Below are positions 45,113-53,405 of a DNA stretch of 64,000 bases, piece after piece; position 1 is the stretch's first letter, and every line of letters begins with the position of its first letter. The stretch spans positions 1,522-65,521 of the forward strand of contig DATNJC010000230.1 of the NCBI GenBank assembly GCA_035604115.1, given 5' to 3'. Under the pieces are notes generated by a model. It saw only the letters and a program-made list of their open reading frames with translations, did not search any database and was not told the DNA's origin. Origin of the DNA: Bryobacteraceae bacterium (lineage in GTDB: Bacteria > Acidobacteriota > Terriglobia > Bryobacterales > Bryobacteraceae). A program made the position numbers and the translations under genes.

Positions 45113-45298
45113 CTTCGTTTCATCCCCAATTCTTTGAGGATGCTGTAATACGTTCCGGTTTTAATCTCTTTTGTGAGGATGGCGGGGAATCGTAGTGCGG
45201 CGGCCTTCGAAGTAAACGACTCAATGTTTCGTCCCCTGTTCAATCCGGCACCCTTCATTCTCCAGGCGTCGCTTCAACTCGCTCGCCGTCACATCCAA
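45109..45298 (-). pseudogene. hicA: HicA toxin remnant with an in-frame TGA and a +1 frameshift
   Basis: Minus strand reads '(L)DVTASELKRRLENEGCRIEQGTKH*VVYFEGRRTTIPRHPHK'. It then needs a shift at the A4 run (45169-45172) to read 'EIKTGTYYSILKELGMKRR*'. The TGA is at 45221-45223. Confidence 0.7.
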
Positions 45299-45950
45299 AT
45301 GGTATCAGAAGTGAATCCTTTTCTGAGGAAGCGCCAGCTCCCTCGCGGGCTCGGAACTGCTTAGCTCGACCGCCAGTCACCGCGCAACCAACCCCGTCCC
45401 AAAGCATCCGCGGGCACTCCCTTGTAGGCCACGACAGAGCGAATCCAAGGCGAACATTCCACATCATGCGCATTTGTGGTACACACTTTCCACATAGCTA
45501 CATTCCCGGGGGCCGCACGCCACCCTCCGCGCCTCTCAATCCCCAATGTAACCATTTGATTCTTCTTCGGTTCCGCAGACAGCAAAACGAACCCAAGGAA
45601 GCCAGGCGCACCGCCTGTGGAGCTTATCAACCCGCCGCTGGTCCGCCCAGCCCGGCCCACAACTACGCAACCAACCCCACGCCCCTGAACCGCCTTCACC
45701 TCGGATGAGTCGAGGGATTTGTTACCCAGTTTCTTGGGACACAGTGTTAGGATTAGGACGGGCACGGGGCTGGGCGCCGTAAGCTCAGGCGGCCCTTTCG
45801 AGCGGCCGTCAGGTTTCCGTCGCGCTGACAGCGGCGATACCGCCAGTCTGGAGATATGAAGGACCACTTGATCGCAGTTGCTGCACCTGCGCGCCACGCC
45901 GTAACCGAATCGTCATTCCCCGCGGCCAACTGCCGGTGCGACAATGACTA

Positions 45951-46574
45951 GTGATGTTGATTTACGGCTACTATTACGCCGCAGGCCTGCTCGCCGGCGC
46001 GGGTGTCGTGACCTGGCTGGCCGGGTGGCCGTATGCCGTGCCGTTCTACATTTTGGCCGCGTTTTGTTTGAACTTCTTCCGCGACCCGGAGCGCGCCGTG
46101 CCCACCGGACCCGTGGCGGTTTCGCCCGCCGACGGCAAAGTGGTCTCCATCCGCCAGGATGATGCGGGCGGCCATCGCGTCAGCATCTTCTTGAACGTGT
46201 TCGATGTCCACGTGAATCGCACGCCGATTGCCGGCAAGGTCACCTGCGTCACGTACAAGAAAGGCGCATTCCTGGTGGCCAGCAGGGAACAAGCCAGTGC
46301 CGCGAATGAACAGAACGTGATGACGGTGGAAGGCGTGGTCGGGGGCTGCCCGACCAAGGTCAAGTTTAGCCAGATCGCGGGGCTGATCGCCCGCCGGATC
46401 ATCTGCTACAAAAAGGCGGGAGATGTTTTGAGCGCCGGCGAACGCGTGGGCCTGATCAAGTTCGGCTCGCGTGTCGATGTATTTCTAGGTCCGGAGTGGA
46501 CCGTCGCGGTGCGCGTTGGCGAGCGCGTTGTAGCGGGGTCGAGCGTAATCGCGCGAATTACGGGAGCGACATGA
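45951..46574 (+). CDS. psd: Phosphatidylserine decarboxylase proenzyme (short Asd-type)
   Basis: 207 aa with an N-terminal TM segment. 'NFFRDPER', 'IFLNVFDVHVNRTP' and self-cleavage-site-like 'KFGSRVD'. Confidence 0.88.
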   Translation: MMLIYGYYYAAGLLAGAGVVTWLAGWPYAVPFYILAAFCLNFFRDPERAVPTGPVAVSPADGKVVSIRQDDAGGHRVSIFLNVFDVHVNRTPIAGKVTCVTYKKGAFLVASREQASAANEQNVMTVEGVVGGCPTKVKFSQIAGLIARRIICYKKAGDVLSAGERVGLIKFGSRVDVFLGPEWTVAVRVGERVVAGSSVIARITGAT

Positions 46575-47440
46575 AAGTCCTGCGGCTGAGCGAGCGGCTG
46601 ATCGATCCGCGGTCTCCGGACCGGCGTCCGCGGCGCGCCGCCTATGCCCTGCCGACGCTGTTCACCGCGGGCAGCGTATTCCTGGGATTCTACGCGCTCA
46701 TCGAATTCTTTCAAGGCGCGATGCAAACGGCGTCGAATCTGGCCACGGGGCATCTGCATTTTCAAACCGGCGCGGTGGCCATCGGAGTGGCCGTGTTCCT
46801 GGACGGCCTGGACGGCCGCATCGCGCGCATGACCAACACGGTAAGCGATTTCGGACGTGAGATGGATTCCCTCGCCGACGTGATCACCTTCGGCATCGCT
46901 CCCGCGGTGCTGGCGTTTGCCTGGGGCGTGGAGTTCGTCGAAGCGCCCGCGCGCTGGGTCACTCTGGAGCAGGTGCGTAGCGTGGGGTACTTCGCGTCGT
47001 TCGTGTTCCTGCTGTGCGGAGCGATGCGCCTGGCGCGCTTCAATATCCAAAAAAATCCGGTGCTCAAGAACCCGGGGCGGCCGGACCGCAAATATTTCGC
47101 GGGGCTTCCGATTCCGTCCGGGGCGGCCGCGGTGGCCGCTGTGGTGTACTTCCAGGGAAGCGAGCCGCTGCGGTGGTGGGGATGGTCGGTGGCGTGGCTG
47201 GCGCTGCTGGCGTTGCTTTCGTTCCTGATGGTCAGCACCTGGCGCTACCCGAGTTTCAAGGATCTGAGCCTGACGCGGCCGCGCTCGCCCGTAACCGTTG
47301 TGCTGATGGGAATCCTGATTTACCTGATCTGGTATTATTCCCAGGAAGCGCTGCTGGTCATGGCGGGAACCTACGTGATGAGCGGGATTGCGATTCGCCT
47401 GGGCGGCATTGCGCGGCGGGTCTTCCGGCGCGCGGCATGA
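46571..47440 (+). CDS. pssA: CDP-diacylglycerol--serine O-phosphatidyltransferase
   Basis: CDP-alcohol phosphatidyltransferase motif 'DGLDGRIARMTNTVSDFGREMDSLADV'. ATGA overlap with psd. Confidence 0.9.
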   Translation: MKVLRLSERLIDPRSPDRRPRRAAYALPTLFTAGSVFLGFYALIEFFQGAMQTASNLATGHLHFQTGAVAIGVAVFLDGLDGRIARMTNTVSDFGREMDSLADVITFGIAPAVLAFAWGVEFVEAPARWVTLEQVRSVGYFASFVFLLCGAMRLARFNIQKNPVLKNPGRPDRKYFAGLPIPSGAAAVAAVVYFQGSEPLRWWGWSVAWLALLALLSFLMVSTWRYPSFKDLSLTRPRSPVTVVLMGILIYLIWYYSQEALLVMAGTYVMSGIAIRLGGIARRVFRRAA

Positions 47441-47450
47441 GCACTCCGGC

Positions 47451-48473
47451 ATGAGCACTGTCGACAAAGGCATCGAGCGTCCGCTGATCGCGGTTGTGGG
47501 TGGCGATACGCTGCTGGCACGGGAAGTGCGGAGCGTGCTCGAAGCGGCCAAACCCGCGCCGCGCGTGAAGTTGATTGCGGGCACGGCCGTCCATACGGAC
47601 GAAAAGGACGCGGAGGAGAGGGGCGAAGGCGAAGAAGAGACGCCCATGCTGCCGCTGTCGCTGGAGAGTCTGGAAGGCGCGCGCGTCGTGATCCTCGCCG
47701 GGTCTCCGGCCTCCAGCCGGCGGGCCCTCAAACTGAATCTGAATCGCGGCGCCAAGCTCATCGATCTGACGGGGGCGCTGGAGGAGCAGCCCCAGGCCCG
47801 GCTGCGGGGGCCGATCGCGGAGGCCATCACCGGAGCGCCGGCCGCGGCTGCGATTCAGGTGATCGCGCATCCGGCGGCGATGGTGCTGGCGAAGTTTTTG
47901 ACCACGGTGTCGCGGTGCTCGGTGGTGCGGATGTCGCTGGCGCACATCTTCGAGCCCGCCAGCGAACGCGGCAAGCCGGGCATCGAAGAATTGCAGCAGC
48001 AGACCGTGTCGCTGCTGCGGTTCCAGAAGCTACCCACTGAAGTGTTCGACTCGCAGCTGGCGTTCAACGTGTTGGCCCGTTACGGCGAGGAAGCCCGGGA
48101 GCCGCTCGAAGGCGTGGAACAGCGAGCCGAGCGGCATCTGGCGTCGCTGCTGGCGGGCTGGCCGGGCGTGCCGATGCCCTCGCTACGCATGATCCAGGTG
48201 CCGGTGTTTCACGGCCACAGTTTTTCGGTGTGGGTGGAATTTCAGACCAACCCGGGTGTGAAGAACCTGACCGAGACGCTCGAGCGCGGCGGGTTCGACG
48301 TGCGGCCGGACGATCCTCCGTCGAATGCCCGCATCGCGGGGGAAAGCGGCATCGGCGTGGGCGCGATCGCCGAGGACCGGAACAATTCACGGGCGTTCTG
48401 GTTTTGGCTGGCCGTCGATAATTTGAAGCTGACCGCGGAGAACGCCGTGGCTGTCGCGCAGGAGATGTTGTAA
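47451..48473 (+). CDS. Aspartate-semialdehyde dehydrogenase-like protein lacking the catalytic Cys
   Basis: Dimerisation-domain 'QVPVFHGHSFSVWVEF' is retained. 'IAHPAAMVL' sits where ASADH has 'NPNC(S/T)T'. An acidic insert 'DEKDAEERGEGEEE' is present. Confidence 0.65.
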   Translation: MSTVDKGIERPLIAVVGGDTLLAREVRSVLEAAKPAPRVKLIAGTAVHTDEKDAEERGEGEEETPMLPLSLESLEGARVVILAGSPASSRRALKLNLNRGAKLIDLTGALEEQPQARLRGPIAEAITGAPAAAAIQVIAHPAAMVLAKFLTTVSRCSVVRMSLAHIFEPASERGKPGIEELQQQTVSLLRFQKLPTEVFDSQLAFNVLARYGEEAREPLEGVEQRAERHLASLLAGWPGVPMPSLRMIQVPVFHGHSFSVWVEFQTNPGVKNLTETLERGGFDVRPDDPPSNARIAGESGIGVGAIAEDRNNSRAFWFWLAVDNLKLTAENAVAVAQEML

Positions 48474-48489
48474 GCGCGGTCGGCGGCCC

Positions 48490-49917
48490 TCACGTAGCAG
48501 CGGCTCTTAGCCTCACGCGAATCGGTTCCGAGCGAGTTCCCCCGTGGTCCACGAAGATGGTGGTTTCTTCTCCCGATGCCGCCGGGATGCGCGCGTTGAC
48601 TTGCCTGACGCCGGAGCTTTCGCTCGCCGACACGAAATCCACCGGGAGCCGCTGGGATTCGGAATACACCCGCACATTGTTCCGATCGCAGTTCTCTGCG
48701 AGACCGCTGATCCATAGCGCCAGGTGGCCCCACTTCTCGTCCGAACGAAACTGCACTTCTCCCGGCTGCCAGGTCTTGCCGTCCTGGGCGTCTACGATCG
48801 CGATACCGCTAGTCTTCACCGGCAGGTCGACCGCGATCCGGCAGGTGTTGCTGAAGCCCGAGCGCACCGTCCGTAGCCGCACCTCATGCCAGCCCGGCCG
48901 CAGGCCCGGCGGTAGGCGAAAGTTCGCATGCCATTCCTGTTCCCCATCGCGAAGCAAGACCACCGGAAGCACTCCGTACCCGGAGACTTCGGGCCGTAAA
49001 TCCTCGCGGTGCAGATCTGTTTCGGAGCTAATGAACCAGCACGTCAAGAATTCTTCTTTACGAGTGTTGAAATTGATTCCGTTGTCGCCCCATCGTCCGT
49101 TAACGGCCGCGCGCAACACGGGCGGGTCCGCGGGCGCCGGTTCGGGCGGAAGTTCCCAGCGCCGGTAGCAAGCCACACGAGCATGGCGATGCTTCACATT
49201 GAGGAGTTCCGCGCGCGCGAAACCGGCGGAACGGCACAGCGCCAGCAAACACTCCAGCGTGGGGCCCACCCAGTTGTCGACCTGATTCGACAGCTCGGTG
49301 GTTTCATAGAACTCCATCCACGGAATCGGGGACCCAGTTCCGCCCCGGTAATCGTCGTCGACGATGAAAGAATCGACAATCGCGATATCCGTGGTTAATT
49401 CGCAAACGATTTCAAGCGCCAGAAGGGGATGGCGGAGATGATACAACACGCCCAAGAAGAAGGTGTAATCGAACGGCGCAAATCCACGATCGCGGAGCTC
49501 ATACACCTCCGCGATCTCATAGACGACTTTCGACGCCAGCTCACGCCGCGCATAGTGAAAATTCTCTTGCTCAATGTTGTCCACGGCGACCACATTCGCG
49601 CCCCGGCGTTCCGCCTCGAACGCGAACCATCCATCCCAGGTGCCGATGTCGAGGACTCGCTTACCGCTCAAGTTCGGCGGCAGTGGAAACTCCGCGAAAC
49701 GCTCTTTCAACTCCGCCAGGCTCAAGAAGCCGTCGATGACGCGGCCACCCGGCAGCTCCAGGCTGTGGTACCAGCCGGCCTTGAAGAGTTCCGCGCTGAA
49801 ATCCTCGCTCCGCCGCTTCCGCAACACGTCTGTCTCAGCGTTCACATCGCGAGCGCCGGCTGCATCCGCGGCGATCTTCGACGGCTGGGACAAGAGCTTC
49901 TTGAAGGGAGAACGCAC
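48490..49917 (-). CDS. Class I SAM-dependent methyltransferase with an uncharacterised C-terminal domain
   Basis: Motif I 'KRVLDIGTWDGWFAFEAERRGANVVAVD' (CmoB/DUF1698-like). 475 aa. Confidence 0.75.
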   Translation of the reverse strand: MRSPFKKLLSQPSKIAADAAGARDVNAETDVLRKRRSEDFSAELFKAGWYHSLELPGGRVIDGFLSLAELKERFAEFPLPPNLSGKRVLDIGTWDGWFAFEAERRGANVVAVDNIEQENFHYARRELASKVVYEIAEVYELRDRGFAPFDYTFFLGVLYHLRHPLLALEIVCELTTDIAIVDSFIVDDDYRGGTGSPIPWMEFYETTELSNQVDNWVGPTLECLLALCRSAGFARAELLNVKHRHARVACYRRWELPPEPAPADPPVLRAAVNGRWGDNGINFNTRKEEFLTCWFISSETDLHREDLRPEVSGYGVLPVVLLRDGEQEWHANFRLPPGLRPGWHEVRLRTVRSGFSNTCRIAVDLPVKTSGIAIVDAQDGKTWQPGEVQFRSDEKWGHLALWISGLAENCDRNNVRVYSESQRLPVDFVSASESSGVRQVNARIPAASGEETTIFVDHGGTRSEPIRVRLRAAAT

Positions 49918-50002
49918 AGATCGAGTCTATCAACTCGCGCCCACTCCTCTCGTCTTGGGGCGAGGCGTTCGTTGGTTGGACGGTCCAGTATACTGGTACC
50001 CA

Positions 50003-50533
50003 GTGAAGGCACGTTTTGCGTTGGCGGGATGCGCCTTGGCGCTCGCCGCGATGTCGCTGGGTTCCTGCGGGTATCACACGGGCGGGCGCGGCGAATTGCT
50101 GCCGGCTACTCTCAAGACCGTCGCCGTACCCGCGTTCGCCAACGCCACCACTCGCTACAAGTTGACCGACCGATTGGCGGACTCGGTCGCCAAGGAGTTT
50201 TTGACGCGCACGCGGTACCGCGTGGTGACGAATCCCGACGCCGCCGACGCGGTGCTGCGCGGCACGGTGATCAATTATACTGCGTTCCCCACGCTGGTGG
50301 ATCCAGCGACGGGGCGGGCCAGCGCGGTCGAGGTACACCTGATTCTGCGCGTAGTGTTGCAGGAGCGAGCCACCGGCAAGGAGCTGTTCTCGCGCCCGAG
50401 TTTCGAGGTTCGCGAACGCTACCAGATCAGCACCGTGGCCGCGGACTATTTCGAAGAGAGCGACGATGCGCTGGACCGCGTGAGCAAGATTGTGGCGCGG
50501 CAGGTGGTCACGGGCATTCTCGAAAATTTCTAG
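50003..50533 (+). CDS. lptE: LPS-assembly lipoprotein LptE
   Basis: GTG start, lipobox 'LGSCG', and 'LKTVAVPAFANATTRYKLTDRLADSV'. The conserved position upstream of holA supports the call. Confidence 0.75.
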   Translation: MKARFALAGCALALAAMSLGSCGYHTGGRGELLPATLKTVAVPAFANATTRYKLTDRLADSVAKEFLTRTRYRVVTNPDAADAVLRGTVINYTAFPTLVDPATGRASAVEVHLILRVVLQERATGKELFSRPSFEVRERYQISTVAADYFEESDDALDRVSKIVARQVVTGILENF

Positions 50534-50549
50534 CCACGGATGAACACGG

Positions 50550-51626
50550 ATGAACGCCGATCAGTTTCTGGCGCGGCTCGCTAAGAACGGTGCGGAGCCC
50601 GCCTACCTTTTTGTCGGGCCGGAACCGTACCAGCGCGAGGTCTGCCGCAAAGCTCTGGTTGAGGCCGTGCTGCCCGGGGATCAGCGCGAGAGCGGGTGGT
50701 CGCGGCACGATCTGGACCAGGTGCCGCTGGCGGCGGCGGTGGACGATGCGCGGTCGATGTCGTTGTTCGCGCCGCAACGAATTGTCTGGCTGGGGCGCGC
50801 TGAAGCGGCGCTGCCTCGTGGACGGGCGGCGGAGGCGGAGTCCGATGGAGATCCAGAGGAGCGCGGCGATTCGGGCGCCGGCGCACTGGCGGCGTATTTG
50901 AAGCAGCCTTCTCCAGGCACGGTGCTGGTGATCGATTGTTCGCGTTTCGATTTTGACGGCGAAGACAAAGCCCGGCTGGAGCGCGTCGAGAAATTCTACT
51001 CCGCGGTCGCGGCGAAGGTCGAGTTTCGCTCGCTGACGCCGGAAGCGGCTCGCGCGCTGGCGCAGAAGCTGGCGAAGGACTGCGGGTTGCAGTTGGGATA
51101 CGCGGAATTGGCGCTGCTGCTGGAGGCCACCGGCGGCGAAGCTTCGCGCATCGCGGTGGAGATCGAAAAGCTGCGCGTGTTCGCGGGTACCGACCGCAAG
51201 GTGACGGCCGAGGACATCGCCGCGCTGACGTCGGATGCGCAGGCATCGACGATCTTCGCTTTGGTGGCCGCGCTAGGGCGGAACGACCGGATGCGGGCGC
51301 TGGAAATCTTAGAGATGCTATCGCGCGAGGGCGAATACATGCCGCTGGCGCTGACGTTTCTTGCGACGCAGTTCCGAATGGCGTTGGCGGCTCGCGAAGC
51401 CGGGCTGCGCGGAGCCGGCCAGATTCAAGCGCACTTCACAAAACTGGGAGCGCGGATGTGGCCGGAGCGGGCACGGCAAGTGGAGCAGACGGCCGCGGCG
51501 TTTTCGCGGGAGCGGCTGGAACGCGCGGTGGTGAAATTGTTCGAAACAGATCGCGGGCTGCGTGACGCGCGTCCCGACGACCGCATCGTGATGGAAGAGA
51601 TGGTGCTCGCGCTGACCGCGAAGTGA
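50550..51626 (+). CDS. holA: DNA polymerase III delta subunit
   Basis: 358 aa. 'PAYLFVGPEPYQRE' and the overall delta-subunit pattern. Adjacent to lptE. Confidence 0.85.
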   Translation: MNADQFLARLAKNGAEPAYLFVGPEPYQREVCRKALVEAVLPGDQRESGWSRHDLDQVPLAAAVDDARSMSLFAPQRIVWLGRAEAALPRGRAAEAESDGDPEERGDSGAGALAAYLKQPSPGTVLVIDCSRFDFDGEDKARLERVEKFYSAVAAKVEFRSLTPEAARALAQKLAKDCGLQLGYAELALLLEATGGEASRIAVEIEKLRVFAGTDRKVTAEDIAALTSDAQASTIFALVAALGRNDRMRALEILEMLSREGEYMPLALTFLATQFRMALAAREAGLRGAGQIQAHFTKLGARMWPERARQVEQTAAAFSRERLERAVVKLFETDRGLRDARPDDRIVMEEMVLALTAK

Positions 51627-51637
51627 GGCCGCGTGAA

Positions 51638-51907
51638 TTAAGCCGTCGCGAGGCTGCGCAGGCGCAGGGCGATGCGGCTCTTGTAGCGGGCCGCCGTGTT
51701 CTTTTTAATGATGCCCCACTTGGCGGAGCGGTCGATCAAAGAGAACGTCTTGGGAGCCAGGGCCGCTGCGGCGGAGGCGTCCTTAGCCTCCAGCAAGCGG
51801 CGCATGGCGCGGACTTGGTGCCGCAGCCGGTGCTTTCGGACGCGGTTGACCGCGGTCCGGCGCTCGGCGATACGCACACGTTTTTGCGCTGTTACAGTAT
51901 TTGCCAT
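51638..51907 (-). CDS. rpsT: 30S ribosomal protein S20
   Basis: '[33 protein letters not shown]...[14 protein letters not shown]'. Confidence 0.93.
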   Translation of the reverse strand: MANTVTAQKRVRIAERRTAVNRVRKHRLRHQVRAMRRLLEAKDASAAAALAPKTFSLIDRSAKWGIIKKNTAARYKSRIALRLRSLATA

Positions 51908-52063
51908 GGAAGTTTTAGGATAGCGCAGAGGTGCGCGCGCGGTCAAACGCGTTGGAGTGGGATAGACCGCGTCCTACTATACTAACGGTCGCGACTCGGA
52001 AATGGACGATTGCGAGCAAGGCCTGCTGTTGACAGTGTAAACTAAAAGATTGACACTTGAAGC

Positions 52064-52339
52064 ATGGTCGGCGGTTTCCGGCACAAAGGGCTTGAGGAGA
52101 TCTACCTCACCGGCCACACACGCCGGATCGGCGCAGATCATATCGGGAAGTGCGTGCGGATCCTGCAGTTACTGGAGGTTGCCGATCGGCCCGAACAGAT
52201 GAACATCGCCGGGCTCCGCTTTCACCTGCTGCAAGGCAACCCCAGACGCTGGTCGGTGCGCGTGACCGGCAATTACCGGATCACCTTTGGCTGGTCGGGC
52301 GAAAACGCCTCCGACATCGATTTTGAGGATTATCATTAA
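52064..52339 (+). CDS. higB: HigB-type (RelE/ParE superfamily) killer toxin
   Basis: 'FRHKGLEEIYLTGHTRRIGADH...RWSVRVTGNYRITFGW...DFEDYH'. Confidence 0.88.
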   Translation: MVGGFRHKGLEEIYLTGHTRRIGADHIGKCVRILQLLEVADRPEQMNIAGLRFHLLQGNPRRWSVRVTGNYRITFGWSGENASDIDFEDYH

Positions 52340-52351
52340 AGACCAACTACG

Positions 52352-52690
52352 ATGGGGAACAAAGTCATGAAGAGAGCAAACGGATTGCCGCCGGTCCATC
52401 CCGGCGAGATTCTCAAGGAGGACATCCTGCCGTCGGTAGGTCTGTCCGTCGCGGCCGCCGCGAAGGCTCTGGGCGTCTCCCGCCAGATGCTTCATGACAT
52501 TCTAGCTGAGCGCAAGCCTCTTTCCGCCGTCATGTGCTTGAGGATATCGCGCCTGTTTGGCGGCTCTCCGGAAGTATGGATTCGGTTGCAGGCAACCTAC
52601 GATCTGAAGAAGGCAGAGCAGGACAAGAAGGTCATGGCTCGCGTCGCCCGCATCGTGCCGGTGAAGGTGGTCGAGGAAGCCGGGGTCTGA
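52352..52690 (+). CDS. higA: HigA antitoxin (XRE-family HTH)
   Basis: 'PPVHPGEILKEDILPSVGLSVAAAAKALGVSRQMLHDILAERKPLSAVMCLRISRLFG'. Confidence 0.9.
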   Translation: MGNKVMKRANGLPPVHPGEILKEDILPSVGLSVAAAAKALGVSRQMLHDILAERKPLSAVMCLRISRLFGGSPEVWIRLQATYDLKKAEQDKKVMARVARIVPVKVVEEAGV

Positions 52691-52742
52691 ATCACAGGAC
52701 CCTCCAGATCCAGCTCAGGAATTCTTGAACTGAAGATCAGAA

Positions 52743-53399
52743 TCAAGTATTCCCGGTAACTTCGCGGTGCCGGTCGATCCACCAGGCCCACAGAGGCAAT
52801 AGCCACAGCGCCAGCGCGGCGACAGCGATCGTGCGAACGTCCGGCGGCGGTGGGCCAACGATGTTCGCAACATACGTCACCGCGCCGAATGCCAGGAACG
52901 CCCACAAGGCATACTGGCCCGTGCGGTCACGGGAGCGAGTCATGGAGAGGTACAGCCAAGCGCCCGCGGCGTACATGGCCACCTCCACGGCGATTGTGGC
53001 CGGCACGGAGTTCCACAAGCCCAAGCCGACGCGAGGACCCCCTGGATAGAGCGGCATGTCCGGGCGATGCGTGATGAAGTCGAGAACCCAGTGGCTCACC
53101 ACGCTGAGCGCGATCACCACGGCGCCGCGTGTGTACCGCGTAAAGATCCAGTAGACAATTGCGAACAGTGCGCCCCAGCCGCAGGACGTAAGGAGACTGT
53201 GCGAGATCGGGTAGCTAACGAAGTCGAGGGGTGTAAAGGCGGTGTTGCCGGAATCGATGCGTACTTGCTCCCAACCCAACAGCAGGAAGATGGGCCACAG
53301 CAGGTCGAGAAGATTCGGCGCGGCCATCAACACGCCCAGAGATGCGCGCGGTGCTACACGTTTCGATGCCAGTCCGACTGCCCAGTGACCGATGAACAT
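52743..53399 (-). CDS. Membrane-embedded metal-dependent hydrolase-like protein (YdjM/DUF457-like)
   Basis: 218 aa, polytopic. Starts 'MFIGHWAVG' and has conserved His residues ('SHWVLDFITHRPD'). Confidence 0.55.
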   Translation of the reverse strand: MFIGHWAVGLASKRVAPRASLGVLMAAPNLLDLLWPIFLLLGWEQVRIDSGNTAFTPLDFVSYPISHSLLTSCGWGALFAIVYWIFTRYTRGAVVIALSVVSHWVLDFITHRPDMPLYPGGPRVGLGLWNSVPATIAVEVAMYAAGAWLYLSMTRSRDRTGQYALWAFLAFGAVTYVANIVGPPPPDVRTIAVAALALWLLPLWAWWIDRHREVTGNT

Positions 53400-53405
53400 G
53401 AGTGC

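Noticed and set aside
45299-45950. tmRNA, RNase P RNA, SRP RNA or tRNA in the gene-poor stretch
   Set aside because: On neither strand did I find a T-loop 'GGTTCGA' type sequence, a 'GAGGAAAGTCCGG' P4 element, an SRP 'GGAAGGAAGCAGC' element, or an alanine-rich tag ORF.
41238-45950. Integrase, recombinase or transposase that would explain the rpoD-end duplication
   Set aside because: None of the ORFs in or next to the insertion shows tyrosine/serine recombinase or DDE motifs. The mobile-element interpretation therefore rests on the repeat structure alone.
46406-47830. 474-aa minus-strand ORF
   Set aside because: It is antisense to pssA and the Asd-like gene and has low-complexity Arg/Pro/Ser-rich content.
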